Positions 29,049 through 38,977 of a stretch of DNA of 64,000 bases are shown here, piece after piece. This DNA comes from Planctomycetota bacterium (GTDB taxonomy: Bacteria; Planctomycetota; PLA2; JAEUHO01). The position numbers and the translations under genes are program-made. The number at the start of each line of letters is the position of its first letter. Positions within the stretch are counted from its first letter, which is position 1. Location: the NCBI GenBank assembly GCA_965222115.1, contig CBDCTJ010000007.1, forward strand, positions 2,016,001 to 2,080,000, in the 5' to 3' direction. A model generated the notes under the pieces. That model was given only the letters and a program-made list of their open reading frames with translations, was not told the DNA's origin and did not search any database.

Positions 29049-30599
29049 ATGGCCTCGCCGCTAATTCGAACATGTGTCCTATTTCTAGCGCTCATTGCGA
29101 TCTCCATCGGATTGCCAGCGTGTGGGGGCGGTGGTGGTAGCGACACGACTGAATTGCCAATTGGGGAGCTGCGCGTGTTTGGCATGAGCGGGGAGGCGTT
29201 GCCGGGCCCGACAGCTGGAAACTTTGCGCCGTTTCCTGCCCAGCCGGTGATGGCCGCGGCGGAGAACGGATGGTCGGCACTGGTCGCACCGACAGACGTT
29301 GTGGCCGCGCCCAATGTGTTGCTCGTCATGGAGCCCGATGGCAATGTCGTTGAAGTTTGCGCGGAGGGTGACGCGGCATTGGCGCCCAGCGACGGAACAA
29401 TATCAGGCTTCCTCGCGGTTTGGATGGCGCCCGATGGTCGCGTCACCGCGTTGGTCACGATCACTGGCGATTCGCTTGTTGCACCGGGGCCACGTACGTT
29501 TGCGGTCATATCGGCAGAGATCGCGGGTGGTGTGGTGATGAACAAGATGGCCGTGATCACCGAACACGACGACGTCAACACTACACCCGACACCCTCGTT
29601 TCGATTGATCCATCGACGATGGTTGTTAGTGATCTAGGCGAGCTGTGGTTCATGGGCGTTACAAGCGCCGACGCCGACCAGGATCTGTTTGCGGTCAGCG
29701 CCGACGGCGCAACGATTCGCGAGATGGCCGTCGTGGGGGGATCGCTACCGAGTGGCGCGGGCACAATCCAGTCGGTGGACGCGTTTGGCATTGATCGCGA
29801 AGCGAAGTTCGTCGCCTTCGTCGCCGACGCGTCACTAGCCGCGGAACGACGACTGTATCTGACCGACGCAACAGCCGGCGGCGCTCCGGTCTACGACGAG
29901 CTGGCTCAGGACGGAGAGTTGCTTATCAACGAACCGGGGTCGATCAACGACGTCCACACGGGCGGGCCGATTCTCCTCGACTCGCTCGGAACAGTTGCAT
30001 GGCTGGCCGAAGGCACGCAGGGTGCCACGGATGACATGATATTGCTCACCAATGCCGTTGCTGCTGGCCCCGGTGTATTCGCCAGGACGGGTGACGAGGC
30101 ACCTCTGACCGCGGGTGGGACTTTTGGCGACTTGAACCTGCTCCGGCAAAGTCCCAATGTTTCTCTGCCCACGTTTACCGCTGAAGTCTCAGGCGGCACG
30201 ATTGACTTCGCGACGTATCAGCTCATATCCCAAAACAGTGCAGTTCCCCCCGCGATTTCAATATTCGATGGGCGCCCCGCGCCTGGACCCGTCAACGGTG
30301 GACTGTTTGGGACAACGTTTCCCGGACTCGATCAACCGCCCTATCAACACGTCGCTCGCAACGGTTCCTTTGCCTTTGCGCAGGTATTAACGAACGGCGA
30401 GACGGGGCTATTTTGGTTGGTGCCATTCGTGGGACTCTTCGACATTGCGATCGAGGGCCAGCCATCGCCGGTTGCAGGACAGACGTTTGAGACCTTTAAT
30501 GCCGCGCCGCCCCAGGGCGCCACCACCGCGAATGGCCAGGTGCTTTTCCGCGCAGAACTAACCGGCGGGCTGACGGGCGTTTTCCGCCAGGGCCCCTAA
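29049..30599 (+). CDS. Acidic lipoprotein, probable beta-propeller repeats
   Basis: Lipobox LPAC followed by Gly linker; repeats ending NGSFAF, NGQVLF, GTVAW. Confidence 0.65.
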   Translation: MASPLIRTCVLFLALIAISIGLPACGGGGGSDTTELPIGELRVFGMSGEALPGPTAGNFAPFPAQPVMAAAENGWSALVAPTDVVAAPNVLLVMEPDGNVVEVCAEGDAALAPSDGTISGFLAVWMAPDGRVTALVTITGDSLVAPGPRTFAVISAEIAGGVVMNKMAVITEHDDVNTTPDTLVSIDPSTMVVSDLGELWFMGVTSADADQDLFAVSADGATIREMAVVGGSLPSGAGTIQSVDAFGIDREAKFVAFVADASLAAERRLYLTDATAGGAPVYDELAQDGELLINEPGSINDVHTGGPILLDSLGTVAWLAEGTQGATDDMILLTNAVAAGPGVFARTGDEAPLTAGGTFGDLNLLRQSPNVSLPTFTAEVSGGTIDFATYQLISQNSAVPPAISIFDGRPAPGPVNGGLFGTTFPGLDQPPYQHVARNGSFAFAQVLTNGETGLFWLVPFVGLFDIAIEGQPSPVAGQTFETFNAAPPQGATTANGQVLFRAELTGGLTGVFRQGP

Positions 30600-30706
30600 G
30601 AGAGCCCTATTGGCGCGTCTCCAATGGACGCGAATCCAACAAGACTGCGTTGGTCGCCAAATAGGCAGCGATCGGTAAGGACTCGGCTATTCTCTGGAAC
30701 CCTCGC

Positions 30707-30796
30707 GGAGAGGTGGCCGAGCGGTCGAAGGCGCGTGCTTGGAAAGCACGTATACCCTCACGGGTATCGCAGGTTCAAATCCTGTTCTCTCCGCCA
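30707..30796 (+). tRNA. tRNA-Ser(GGA)
   Basis: GGAGAGG acceptor, anticodon arm CGTGC-TTGGAAA-GCACG, long variable arm, GGTTCAAATCC, encoded CCA. Confidence 0.97.
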
Positions 30797-30848
30797 TTTT
30801 CTCTCAGCCGATTCAAGCAGCGTCCCGCCCCCTTTTTGACGCCAGGGG

Positions 30849-31976
30849 ATGAAGCGAGTCCTTGATACTGCACAGGTGAAGACCGAAGGACAGAACGGCC
30901 GGCACGCGCGGGGCCACGGCCGATTTGCGCACTGGATCGTCGAGCGCATTCTGCACCTGCGCCTCGCGCATCTGCTCTTCGCTGTTGCCTGCATGGTTGT
31001 CTTTGGAACGCTGGGCTACATGGCCTTTGCCGGCATCGGCCCCATGGATGCGTTGTTTCAAGCGGTCAATGTCGTTACGACGGTCGGGGCGGAGAACTTG
31101 GCCGACAGTGCGTGGGGACGCGCATTCGGGATCGTTTATTCGCTCTTGGGCGTTGCCCTTGCATCGCTGACACTTTCGGCGATAGCAGCCGCCATTGTCG
31201 AGGGTCGTATTCGCTCCGTCATCGGGAGACGTCGTATGGATCATGCAATCTCGGAACTTCGCGATCACGTGATTCTCTGTGGTTACGGGCGCTTCGGTCA
31301 ACTGACGGCGTCGGAGCTTCGACGGGCAGGTGTGCCTTTCGTCGTGATCGAGATCGACCACAAACATGTGGAAGCCGCGGAGACCCACGAGATGCTCGTG
31401 ATGGAAGCCGATGCCACGGAGGAAGCCACGTTGCGCCGGGTCGGCATTGAACATGCACGCGCGCTCCTTTGTACGTTGCCGTCCGATGCGGAAAATCTCT
31501 ACGTGATTCTCACGGCTCGCGACATGCGCGCAGGCGCGGCCAATGACTTTCCCATTGTTACGCTTGCTCGGGCTCCCAATGCGAATCGAAAACTCAAGCG
31601 CGCGGGTGCAACACACGTCGTGAGTCCCTACGCCATTGGTTCGGTTCACATGGCGCGTCAGATTCTCTCGCCTCATTTGGTGGAAGTGCTCAACTTCGCG
31701 CGTAGCGGAAGCGACGGCTTGCAGAAAGCGGGCGTGTTTATGGAGGAATTCCGCATCCAACCCGACTCATCGCTTGTTGGACAGTCACTTGTCGATTCAC
31801 CGCTTCGGCGCGAGTGGAATGTGATGGTCGTGGCTGTGATCGGAAATGAGGACACGCCCATCTATTCGCCGCGTGCCGACTATGTCTTCCGCGCTGGCGA
31901 CGTGCTCGTGAGTGTGGGGCCCGATGAAGGACTCGCCAAGCTCGCCAAGGCCAGCCGAGATGGGGGCGAGACATAG
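30849..31976 (+). CDS. 2TM potassium channel with RCK (TrkA-N/TrkA-C) domains
   Basis: TM-pore(TTVG)-TM; HVILCGYGRFG; ADATEE; C-terminal TrkA-C with GDVLV. Confidence 0.88.
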   Translation: MKRVLDTAQVKTEGQNGRHARGHGRFAHWIVERILHLRLAHLLFAVACMVVFGTLGYMAFAGIGPMDALFQAVNVVTTVGAENLADSAWGRAFGIVYSLLGVALASLTLSAIAAAIVEGRIRSVIGRRRMDHAISELRDHVILCGYGRFGQLTASELRRAGVPFVVIEIDHKHVEAAETHEMLVMEADATEEATLRRVGIEHARALLCTLPSDAENLYVILTARDMRAGAANDFPIVTLARAPNANRKLKRAGATHVVSPYAIGSVHMARQILSPHLVEVLNFARSGSDGLQKAGVFMEEFRIQPDSSLVGQSLVDSPLRREWNVMVVAVIGNEDTPIYSPRADYVFRAGDVLVSVGPDEGLAKLAKASRDGGET

Positions 31977-32029
31977 CAACCGCGCGACCCGCGTCGACTT
32001 CGGGAGCGCGTGCCGCGGCGTGGGTTGCC

Positions 32030-32926
32030 GTGGGTGCGTTGCTCATCTCGTTTGCACCCGTACTCGTCAAAGTGATTGTGCCCCACGACATGGGGCCCAC
32101 AGCGTGCGCGTTCTATCGCGTTGCATTCGGTGCCGTTTGCCTATTTGGACTGGCTTATTGGGTAGGCAAGCAGATCACGCTCGCCAAACGAACGCTCACG
32201 CTGGCCGCAATCGCCGGTTTGGTGTTCGCACTCGATCTTTCGAGCTGGCATCGATCGATTTTACTCTTGCCGCGCACGGGTACGGGACTCGCAACTGTAC
32301 TGGCCAATACGCAAGTCGTATGGGTGTCGCTGGTGGGCGTACTTATTCTCGGTGAACGAGGCGGTTGGCGCACAGCGCTTTGTGTCGTGCTAGCACTCTT
32401 GGGCGTGGCGTTTGTACAAGGGGTCATTGGCGCCAGCACGATTGGCGTGTCCACCGCAGGCGTCCTCTTCGGACTCGCCACGGGCGTGTTCTACGCCATC
32501 TACATTCTCACGCTACGAAAAGCCCAGGCACCGCCATCGCCCGCACCGGTCATCGCATTCATGGCGTGGACGTCTCTGTTTTCGGCACTCTTCCTGGTTC
32601 CCGGTGTGCTGCTTTCAAATGAGTCATTCACGATTCCAAATGTGCGCTCGTGGATGTGCCTATTGGCGCTCGCCATCGTGGCGCAAACGATTGCGTGGAT
32701 TCTCTTGACGACCTATTTGGCGAAGATCCCTGCAAGTTTGGGTGCTCTATTGCTCATGTTGCAACCCGCCTTCGCGACCTTGTGGGGCGTGTTGTTCTTT
32801 GGTGAATACCTGACCGTCTATGAACTGATCGGTATGGCGCTGTTGATTGCTGCGATGTATGTCGGACTATCACGTCCCACTCGCCGAAGTACCGAATCTG
32901 TCACTGAATCTGAACCTTTGGCCTGA
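32030..32926 (+). CDS. DMT/EamA family transporter
   Basis: About 10 TM; ISFAPVLVK, AFYR, LQPAFATLWG..FFGE. Confidence 0.88.
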   Translation: MGALLISFAPVLVKVIVPHDMGPTACAFYRVAFGAVCLFGLAYWVGKQITLAKRTLTLAAIAGLVFALDLSSWHRSILLLPRTGTGLATVLANTQVVWVSLVGVLILGERGGWRTALCVVLALLGVAFVQGVIGASTIGVSTAGVLFGLATGVFYAIYILTLRKAQAPPSPAPVIAFMAWTSLFSALFLVPGVLLSNESFTIPNVRSWMCLLALAIVAQTIAWILLTTYLAKIPASLGALLLMLQPAFATLWGVLFFGEYLTVYELIGMALLIAAMYVGLSRPTRRSTESVTESEPLA

Positions 32927-33430
32927 CCCGTTCCCGTATCCGCTTCGGGTTCAGAAGAGCATTTTGAGCACACACCCAATTCTCATCCAAAGTGCTCAGC
33001 GTCGTTTTGATGAGGACGGCCACGATATCCAAAGACATCGAGAGGGCGCCCTTAGGGCTGCTTCCGTCAGGACCTGACCCGGTTCGAGGCCATCAACCCT
33101 CTGGGTCGTGACCGTCCTCTACAAAACGAGTGGGGTGACATTACGACACCTGAGCATCCTTGTCCCATCCGGTCGCAGGTGAACTTGCTGCCACAATCGA
33201 GGCCACTTGACCCCTGCGTGACACCGGGTGACACCGAAAATTGGGGATTTAACACCCAAATGGGCTCTTAGAGAGCCAATTCCCTGGATCTGTGTCCCGA
33301 TCGTGCGCTACAGTGAGGATTGCGGCCACTCATCTAGGGCTCAATTGAGCGCCAACCGGTGCCTGTAAGCACATGGTAAGTTGTTTTTACATAGCAACTT
33401 ACGAAAATGACCCTTCCTGGGGTTTCCAGG

Positions 33431-33459
33431 TTGTCAAAATGTGTCACAGGGTGTAATCT
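33431..33459 (+). promoter_or_regulatory. Putative sigma70 promoter of the dcw cluster overlapping 10-bp-periodic candidate MraZ boxes
   Basis: TTGTCA-17 bp-TAATCT; TTGTCA/GTGTCA/GTGTAA at 33431/33441/33451. Confidence 0.55.
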
Positions 33460-33519
33460 CCTCCCAGACCGCAGTTCTGATCAGGCGATCAGGGCAGGAG
33501 GAGACGGCCAAAGCCGCAT

Positions 33520-33960
33520 ATGACGCTGTTTACCGGCCAACGAGACCACAGCATTGACCCCAAGGATCGGGTCGTAATCCCCTCAACTTTTGCGGACTCC
33601 ATCCGCAAGACGAGTGATGGGGTGGTCTATCTGGTGCCGAGCGAGGGCGATCCGTGTGTGGAGGCCTATCCTGCGGCGGTCTACGAAGCCATGGCCCGGC
33701 AGCAAGTGCCCAATCGATTCGAAGGGGATATGCGCGCAAAGCGCCTGTTCTTTGAGAATGCCGAGCGGGTCGAGCTAAAGGGGCCCGGGCGTATCACGCT
33801 CGCCAAGCGCTTCCTGCCGTACTTCCCGCATCGCAAGGTGCGGATTGCCGGTCTCAATACCTACCTCGAACTCTGGGACCCCGCGACGTGGGAGAAGCAT
33901 GTGGCCGGCAATGGCCCTGTCTATCCCGTGCCAACGTTGTCCATAAAGCGCGAGGACTGA
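33520..33960 (+). CDS. mraZ: Transcriptional regulator MraZ
   Basis: FTGQRDHSIDPKDRVVIP, GRITL, LELWD; first gene of dcw. Confidence 0.9.
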   Translation: MTLFTGQRDHSIDPKDRVVIPSTFADSIRKTSDGVVYLVPSEGDPCVEAYPAAVYEAMARQQVPNRFEGDMRAKRLFFENAERVELKGPGRITLAKRFLPYFPHRKVRIAGLNTYLELWDPATWEKHVAGNGPVYPVPTLSIKRED

Positions 33961-33963
33961 CTC

Positions 33964-34887
33964 ATTAGCACGAGTCGGGACGATCTTTCTCATCCTCATG
34001 TGCCTGTCATGGTGTCCGAAGTTCTCGAACACCTGCTCGTGGATCAATCGACACGTGGCGTGATTGTGGATGGCACCGTTGGTGCTGGTGGTCATGCGCA
34101 AGCGATACTTGAGGCCGCGCCTCAGATCACATTGCTCGGAATCGATCGGGATCCCGCCATCCTCGCGATTGCGAAAGGACGGTTAGCGCCCTTTGGCGAT
34201 GCCATTCGTCTTACGCACGGTAGCTACGCCGATGTTGAAGCGCACGTAGCGCAACACGGTTTGTCGCGTCCGATGGGCGTGTTGCTCGACGTGGGGGTTT
34301 CCTCGCTTCAGCTCGACACACCGGAGCGTGGCTTCTCATTTGGTGATCCGAACCAACCGCTCGATATGCGGTTTGACGCGACGTCATCCGATGAAACGGC
34401 CGCCGACGTGCTCAATGGCGCGTCGTGGCGCGAACTCGCTGATGTGTTCTTTCATTACGGTGACATCACCGCATCGCGTCCCCTGGCGCGCGCCATTGTT
34501 GATGCTCGTCCGGTGAGAACTGTTGGCGAGTTGCGCGCGGTTGCCGAGCCGATTGTGAGTCGGGGCCGTCGTCACGATGCGATGACGCGCGTGTTTCAAG
34601 CCCTTCGCATTGCGGTGAACAAAGAACTCGAGCACCTCGAACGTGGACTGCGCGAGGCGCTGCGTGTGTTGCAGCCCGCGGGTCGCCTCGTGGTGCTGGC
34701 GTTTCAGAGCGGTGAAGAGCGTGTGATCAAGAAGGTCTTTCACGAGCATCGCAAGACGCATGGCGGTCGCGTATTGACCAAGAAGCCACTACGACCGACA
34801 CCGGCCGAGGTTGCTCGCAATCGACGCGCGCGTTCCACGCGTCTGCGTGCCTTTGAAGTTGCTCCAGATACCACGACAAGCACATGA
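33964..34887 (+). CDS. rsmH: 16S rRNA m4C1402 methyltransferase RsmH (probable ATT start; first canonical start GTG 34000)
   Basis: HVPVM, DGTVGAGGH, DVGVSSLQLD..RGFSF, PLDMR, FQALRIAVN.EL. Confidence 0.92.
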   Translation: MSTSRDDLSHPHVPVMVSEVLEHLLVDQSTRGVIVDGTVGAGGHAQAILEAAPQITLLGIDRDPAILAIAKGRLAPFGDAIRLTHGSYADVEAHVAQHGLSRPMGVLLDVGVSSLQLDTPERGFSFGDPNQPLDMRFDATSSDETAADVLNGASWRELADVFFHYGDITASRPLARAIVDARPVRTVGELRAVAEPIVSRGRRHDAMTRVFQALRIAVNKELEHLERGLREALRVLQPAGRLVVLAFQSGEERVIKKVFHEHRKTHGGRVLTKKPLRPTPAEVARNRRARSTRLRAFEVAPDTTTST

Positions 34888-34960
34888 GTCGCGACACGAA
34901 CCAACAAGACTAGATTCCGAAACACCAACGCCTTAAGGACCCCGAGACAACACCGCCTTC

Positions 34961-35449
34961 ATGAACTGGGCCACGATCATCGCCGTACTGCTTGCCACCG
35001 TTGCCACGGCCATGGTGGCGGTATGCGAATTCACCGAGATTCGGCGCATTCAATATCAGTCCTATAAGGTGGAGCGCCGCAGCGAACAAACCGAACGACG
35101 CATTCTTCGGTTGCGCGGTTCGATTGAGGCACTGACCACGCCGAGGCGCCTACTTGAGCATTTGGATGCGCCGGCGCCACCCGCGACTTCCATGCCCATG
35201 CCAAATCTCGGGACGCCCACCGTGACGGAAGTGCGTGGCGCATTGTCCGATCCCACACCACCGACTGAAGTACTCGACGAGGCCGCACGTCTTCGACTTG
35301 AGGAATCACAACGACGTGAAGAGGAGCGTCGCCGTACAGCTCCGCAATCGTTTGGCGCTGGACTCCCGCACGGCATGCAAGGGGCTGAGCACTTTGAATC
35401 GAATCGATCCGGCGCAAATCGCTCGGCACCCACAAGGCGGTCGCGATGA
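34961..35449 (+). CDS. ftsL: FtsL-like cell division protein with Pro-rich C-terminal extension
   Basis: TM plus coiled coil ending LTTPRRL; position between rsmH and ftsI. Confidence 0.6.
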   Translation: MNWATIIAVLLATVATAMVAVCEFTEIRRIQYQSYKVERRSEQTERRILRLRGSIEALTTPRRLLEHLDAPAPPATSMPMPNLGTPTVTEVRGALSDPTPPTEVLDEAARLRLEESQRREEERRRTAPQSFGAGLPHGMQGAEHFESNRSGANRSAPTRRSR

Positions 35450-37392
35450 GTCGGCGCAACACCCCAACCCGTTTGCCGCGCAGCGTGCCGCTGACGGAGT
35501 ACCGCCGCACGCTTGCTGCAACCCGTCGTTTCCGCACCAACTTTGTGTTCGGGATGTTGTTGGCGTTCTTCTGCCTCATGCTCTTGCGACTTGGCAAGTT
35601 GCAGATTGTGGATGCGCAGATCTATCGCGAGAAGGCACTGGCAAGCCAGTTCGTGTCGCATAAGTTCCGTCCCCGGCGGGGGCGCATCTTGGATCGCCAC
35701 GGCCACGTGATGGCCACGGGACGGCCTGCATTGCGCGTGGACTTGGATCCGCGCACGATTGTGGATCCCGACAACAAGACCGATCCCCGTACGTTTTCCG
35801 TGCTCCTTTCCGATTTTCTCGGCGGCGATCCGAGCCCCGACACCATTTTCCGTCGCATCGATGACGCTCGTCGCTTTGCTCGCGCGAAGGGCACCAAGGT
35901 TACACAGTACGCGCCGCTTGTGGCCAAAGTCGAAGATCCCTTGATTGTTGACCGGCTTGAAGCGTTTCGTTTCACGAGCCGCAAAGGCAAGCAGGCCATG
36001 GGACTGTATGGCGCCGTGGTGTCGACAGTTGAGGGTCGGCTCTATCCCAATGGTTCTTACGCGGCTCACGTCATTGGCAAAGTTCCCCAAGGCAAGAAAG
36101 ACGCGCGAGTAGGTATTGAGGGTACCTATCACGATCTACTTCGCGGTGAAGTGGTGCGTCGGCGCATTGGTCGCGATGCCGGTTGGCGTCGAATGGCCAC
36201 GCCTGCGGACATGCGTGGACATCAGTCACGTGGCGAAGACGTCATCCTCACCATCGATCTTGTTGTTCAATTCTATCTTGAGAGCGCGCTCGATGAATTG
36301 ATGGCCGAGCACAAGTCGTTTCATGCCTGCGGCATTGTGATGGACGTGAAGTCGGGCGAGATCTTGGCAATGGCTAGCCGTCCAACGTTTGATCCCAACA
36401 CGCAGGGCTTCTCAAGCATGAACTACGCGATTCAGGGCATGTATGAGCCCGGTAGCGTGTTCAAGCCTTTTACCGTTGCGCTTGCGCTGCGCGACAAGAA
36501 AGTCGGGCCCAACCAAAACATTGCCATGCCCAGGCGTCGTTCGTTTGAAGGTGATCCCCATCCAATCAGCGACTCCCATCCAGTGGGTGACGGCACCGTC
36601 GAGCGTCTGATTGCACACAGCAGTAACACCGGCGCGGCCGAACTTGGTCATCGCCTCGGTGCCAAACGCATGCAGCAATGGGTGCGCTATCTCTTCCAAC
36701 CGGCGCAACATACGAAAAACAAGCGTGGGACAGGCTTGGGATTGGCCTACGAGAAGGGCTTCCGTCCTGAGCGTTCTCGTTGGACGCTGCACAACGCACA
36801 CCGGGCCTCCTACGGTCAGGGGTTTGACGTAACACCGATTCAGGTGGCGATGGCGTTCTCCGCATTCGCGCGAGTTGATGGGTGCATGGTTCGACCGCGC
36901 ATCGTGTTGACGACGGATCCGGTTCAGCGAGCGGCCCAGCCCGTGGTGGGGAAGCGCGAGCGCGAAGTGATTCAACGTGGACTTCTTTCCTGCACCACGG
37001 AAGGCACGGCGGCAAATGCGTTTGCCGGATGTCTCTACAACGTTGCGGGTAAAACCGGCACAGCGCAGCAGACGGGCCGGTTGCAGGCACATGAGGTCAA
37101 GCTGCGCGGCGAGGGCATCGTCGGCGCCTACAGCAGGTTCAATATCTGCAGCTTCGCGGGCTATGCACCTGCTGCACATCCTGAGGTGCTCGTGTTTGTT
37201 CTCGCCAAGCACCTGAAAGAAGACGAGAAGAGCGGTGGCAAAGTCGCCGCGCCTGCGGTACGCGAAGTGATTGAGAAGACGCTCGCCTATTGGCGTGTAC
37301 CGGCTCGTCCGACGGTTACGGCAGAGTTCGCGCGCGGTGCGAATCGTGATGCGCACCAAGACGTGTTGCCTGCCTTGAGGGGAAGCCGATGA
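35446..37392 (+). CDS. ftsI: Class B penicillin-binding protein (FtsI/PBP3-like)
   Basis: RGRILDRHG, R.YPNG, GIEG, EPGSVFK (SxxK), SSN, GKTGTAQ. Confidence 0.9.
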   Translation: MSRRNTPTRLPRSVPLTEYRRTLAATRRFRTNFVFGMLLAFFCLMLLRLGKLQIVDAQIYREKALASQFVSHKFRPRRGRILDRHGHVMATGRPALRVDLDPRTIVDPDNKTDPRTFSVLLSDFLGGDPSPDTIFRRIDDARRFARAKGTKVTQYAPLVAKVEDPLIVDRLEAFRFTSRKGKQAMGLYGAVVSTVEGRLYPNGSYAAHVIGKVPQGKKDARVGIEGTYHDLLRGEVVRRRIGRDAGWRRMATPADMRGHQSRGEDVILTIDLVVQFYLESALDELMAEHKSFHACGIVMDVKSGEILAMASRPTFDPNTQGFSSMNYAIQGMYEPGSVFKPFTVALALRDKKVGPNQNIAMPRRRSFEGDPHPISDSHPVGDGTVERLIAHSSNTGAAELGHRLGAKRMQQWVRYLFQPAQHTKNKRGTGLGLAYEKGFRPERSRWTLHNAHRASYGQGFDVTPIQVAMAFSAFARVDGCMVRPRIVLTTDPVQRAAQPVVGKREREVIQRGLLSCTTEGTAANAFAGCLYNVAGKTGTAQQTGRLQAHEVKLRGEGIVGAYSRFNICSFAGYAPAAHPEVLVFVLAKHLKEDEKSGGKVAAPAVREVIEKTLAYWRVPARPTVTAEFARGANRDAHQDVLPALRGSR

Positions 37393-38975
37393 GTGCCGCG
37401 GTGGCCAGCCCCCAAACGCTTGGCGATGTCCTCGACGTTTTGGATGTTCCCAAGACGCAAGGCGTAGATCGTTCGATCGTTGTACGTCAGCTTGCCGATG
37501 ATTCGCGGGCGTGCATCGAGGGCACGGTGTTCTTTGCACGTCGCGGTACGACGAAGGGCGGGGCGGCCTACGTTGAGGACGCCGTCGCCCGAGGCGCTAC
37601 GTTAGTGATCACTGAAGCGTCCTTGGACGCATCCATTCCTCACGTCGTTGTGGACTCGGTGGACGACGCACTTCGGTGCGTAGCCGATCGTTGGTTTGGC
37701 GAACCGCAGACGCGGTTGCAGTTGTTTGCGGTGACGGGAACCAAGGGAAAAACCACGGTGGCCCACCTGCTCGCATCGGGCTTGCGTGCGTGCGGTGTAA
37801 AGACGGCCATGATCGGAACCACGGGACACGACGTGGGTGATGAGGCGATGATCGCCGCCAGCAACACGACGCCCGGCATCCTACAACTCCGCGAACTCTT
37901 GGCGCGCGCCGTCGAGAACGGATGCGAAGCCGCTGTGCTTGAAGTGTCGAGCCATGCCCTCGATCAGGGACGCACGGAAGGACTCGATTTCTCTGCAGCC
38001 ATCTTCACCAATCTCACCAGCGATCACCTCGACTACCACAAGACGCGCGACGCGTACCGCGACGCGAAGCTGCTGCTTTTCAAGGGTCTTGCACCCGACG
38101 CCCACGCCGTTCTCAATCGCGACGACCCCGCCTTTGGTGCCTTTGCCGAGGCCACTCGCGCGGTGGTTACGAGTTTTGGTCAGGATCCACGAGCCGATGT
38201 ACTGGCCTCCGAGCTTGAGCTCACCGCAACACACTCCACGTTTCGCGTGACGGGGTTGGACCATCCGATGCCCGCCTACACGACGAGGTTGGTGGGGCGA
38301 CACAATGTGAGCAATGTGCTGGCCGCGCTTACTTGCTTGCACGTACTTGGTCACGACATGGAGCAAGCGGCGACAGGCATCGCGTCACTATCGTTGGTAC
38401 GCGGACGCTTGGAACGCGTTGAAATTGATGGCACCGAGAGTGACGTTCATGCATTCGTGGACTACGCCCATACCGAAGATGCACTTCGTCAAGTCTTGGA
38501 GTTCCTGCGCGGCGTCGGCGCCCATCCGATCACCGTCGTTGTTGGCTGCGGTGGCGATCGCGATACGACCAAACGTCCGCGTATGGCGCGCGTGGCTGCC
38601 GAGATTGCGCACGCCGTCATTTTCACCAGTGACAATCCGCGGAGCGAGGATCCGCAATCGATTCTCGACGACATGTTGCGCGGGCTCAATCACGTATCTA
38701 GCGGTCCAAGTGGGCGCGTCATGACAATTGTCAATCGCCGCGAAGCGATTGAGCGCGCCATTCTCGATGCACCCGCCGGTTCCACCGTGCTCGTGGCCGG
38801 CAAAGGACATGAGACTTACCAGATCATTGGCAACGAACGCTTGCCATTTTGTGACGTCACCGAAGTGCGGCGCGTACTAACGCTGCGCGCCGGATTATCA
38901 GGCGGTGACGACGACGAACGAGGCGGCGAAAAGAACCGCCGCGATGGGGATCCCCCCAGGGATAGTGAGGTATAG
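37389..38975 (+). CDS. murE: UDP-MurNAc-dipeptide--DAP ligase MurE
   Basis: VTGTKGKTT, EVSSH, DHLDYH, DYAHT, GGDRD, DNPR (meso-DAP type), AGKGHE. Confidence 0.95.
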   Translation: MSAAVASPQTLGDVLDVLDVPKTQGVDRSIVVRQLADDSRACIEGTVFFARRGTTKGGAAYVEDAVARGATLVITEASLDASIPHVVVDSVDDALRCVADRWFGEPQTRLQLFAVTGTKGKTTVAHLLASGLRACGVKTAMIGTTGHDVGDEAMIAASNTTPGILQLRELLARAVENGCEAAVLEVSSHALDQGRTEGLDFSAAIFTNLTSDHLDYHKTRDAYRDAKLLLFKGLAPDAHAVLNRDDPAFGAFAEATRAVVTSFGQDPRADVLASELELTATHSTFRVTGLDHPMPAYTTRLVGRHNVSNVLAALTCLHVLGHDMEQAATGIASLSLVRGRLERVEIDGTESDVHAFVDYAHTEDALRQVLEFLRGVGAHPITVVVGCGGDRDTTKRPRMARVAAEIAHAVIFTSDNPRSEDPQSILDDMLRGLNHVSSGPSGRVMTIVNRREAIERAILDAPAGSTVLVAGKGHETYQIIGNERLPFCDVTEVRRVLTLRAGLSGGDDDERGGEKNRRDGDPPRDSEV

Positions 38976-38977
38976 AC

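Noticed and set aside
33520-34887. MraZ-RsmH fusion by Sec read-through of the in-frame TGA
   Set aside because: The TGA is not at a Cys-equivalent site; MraZ ends at normal length; an SD precedes an ATT
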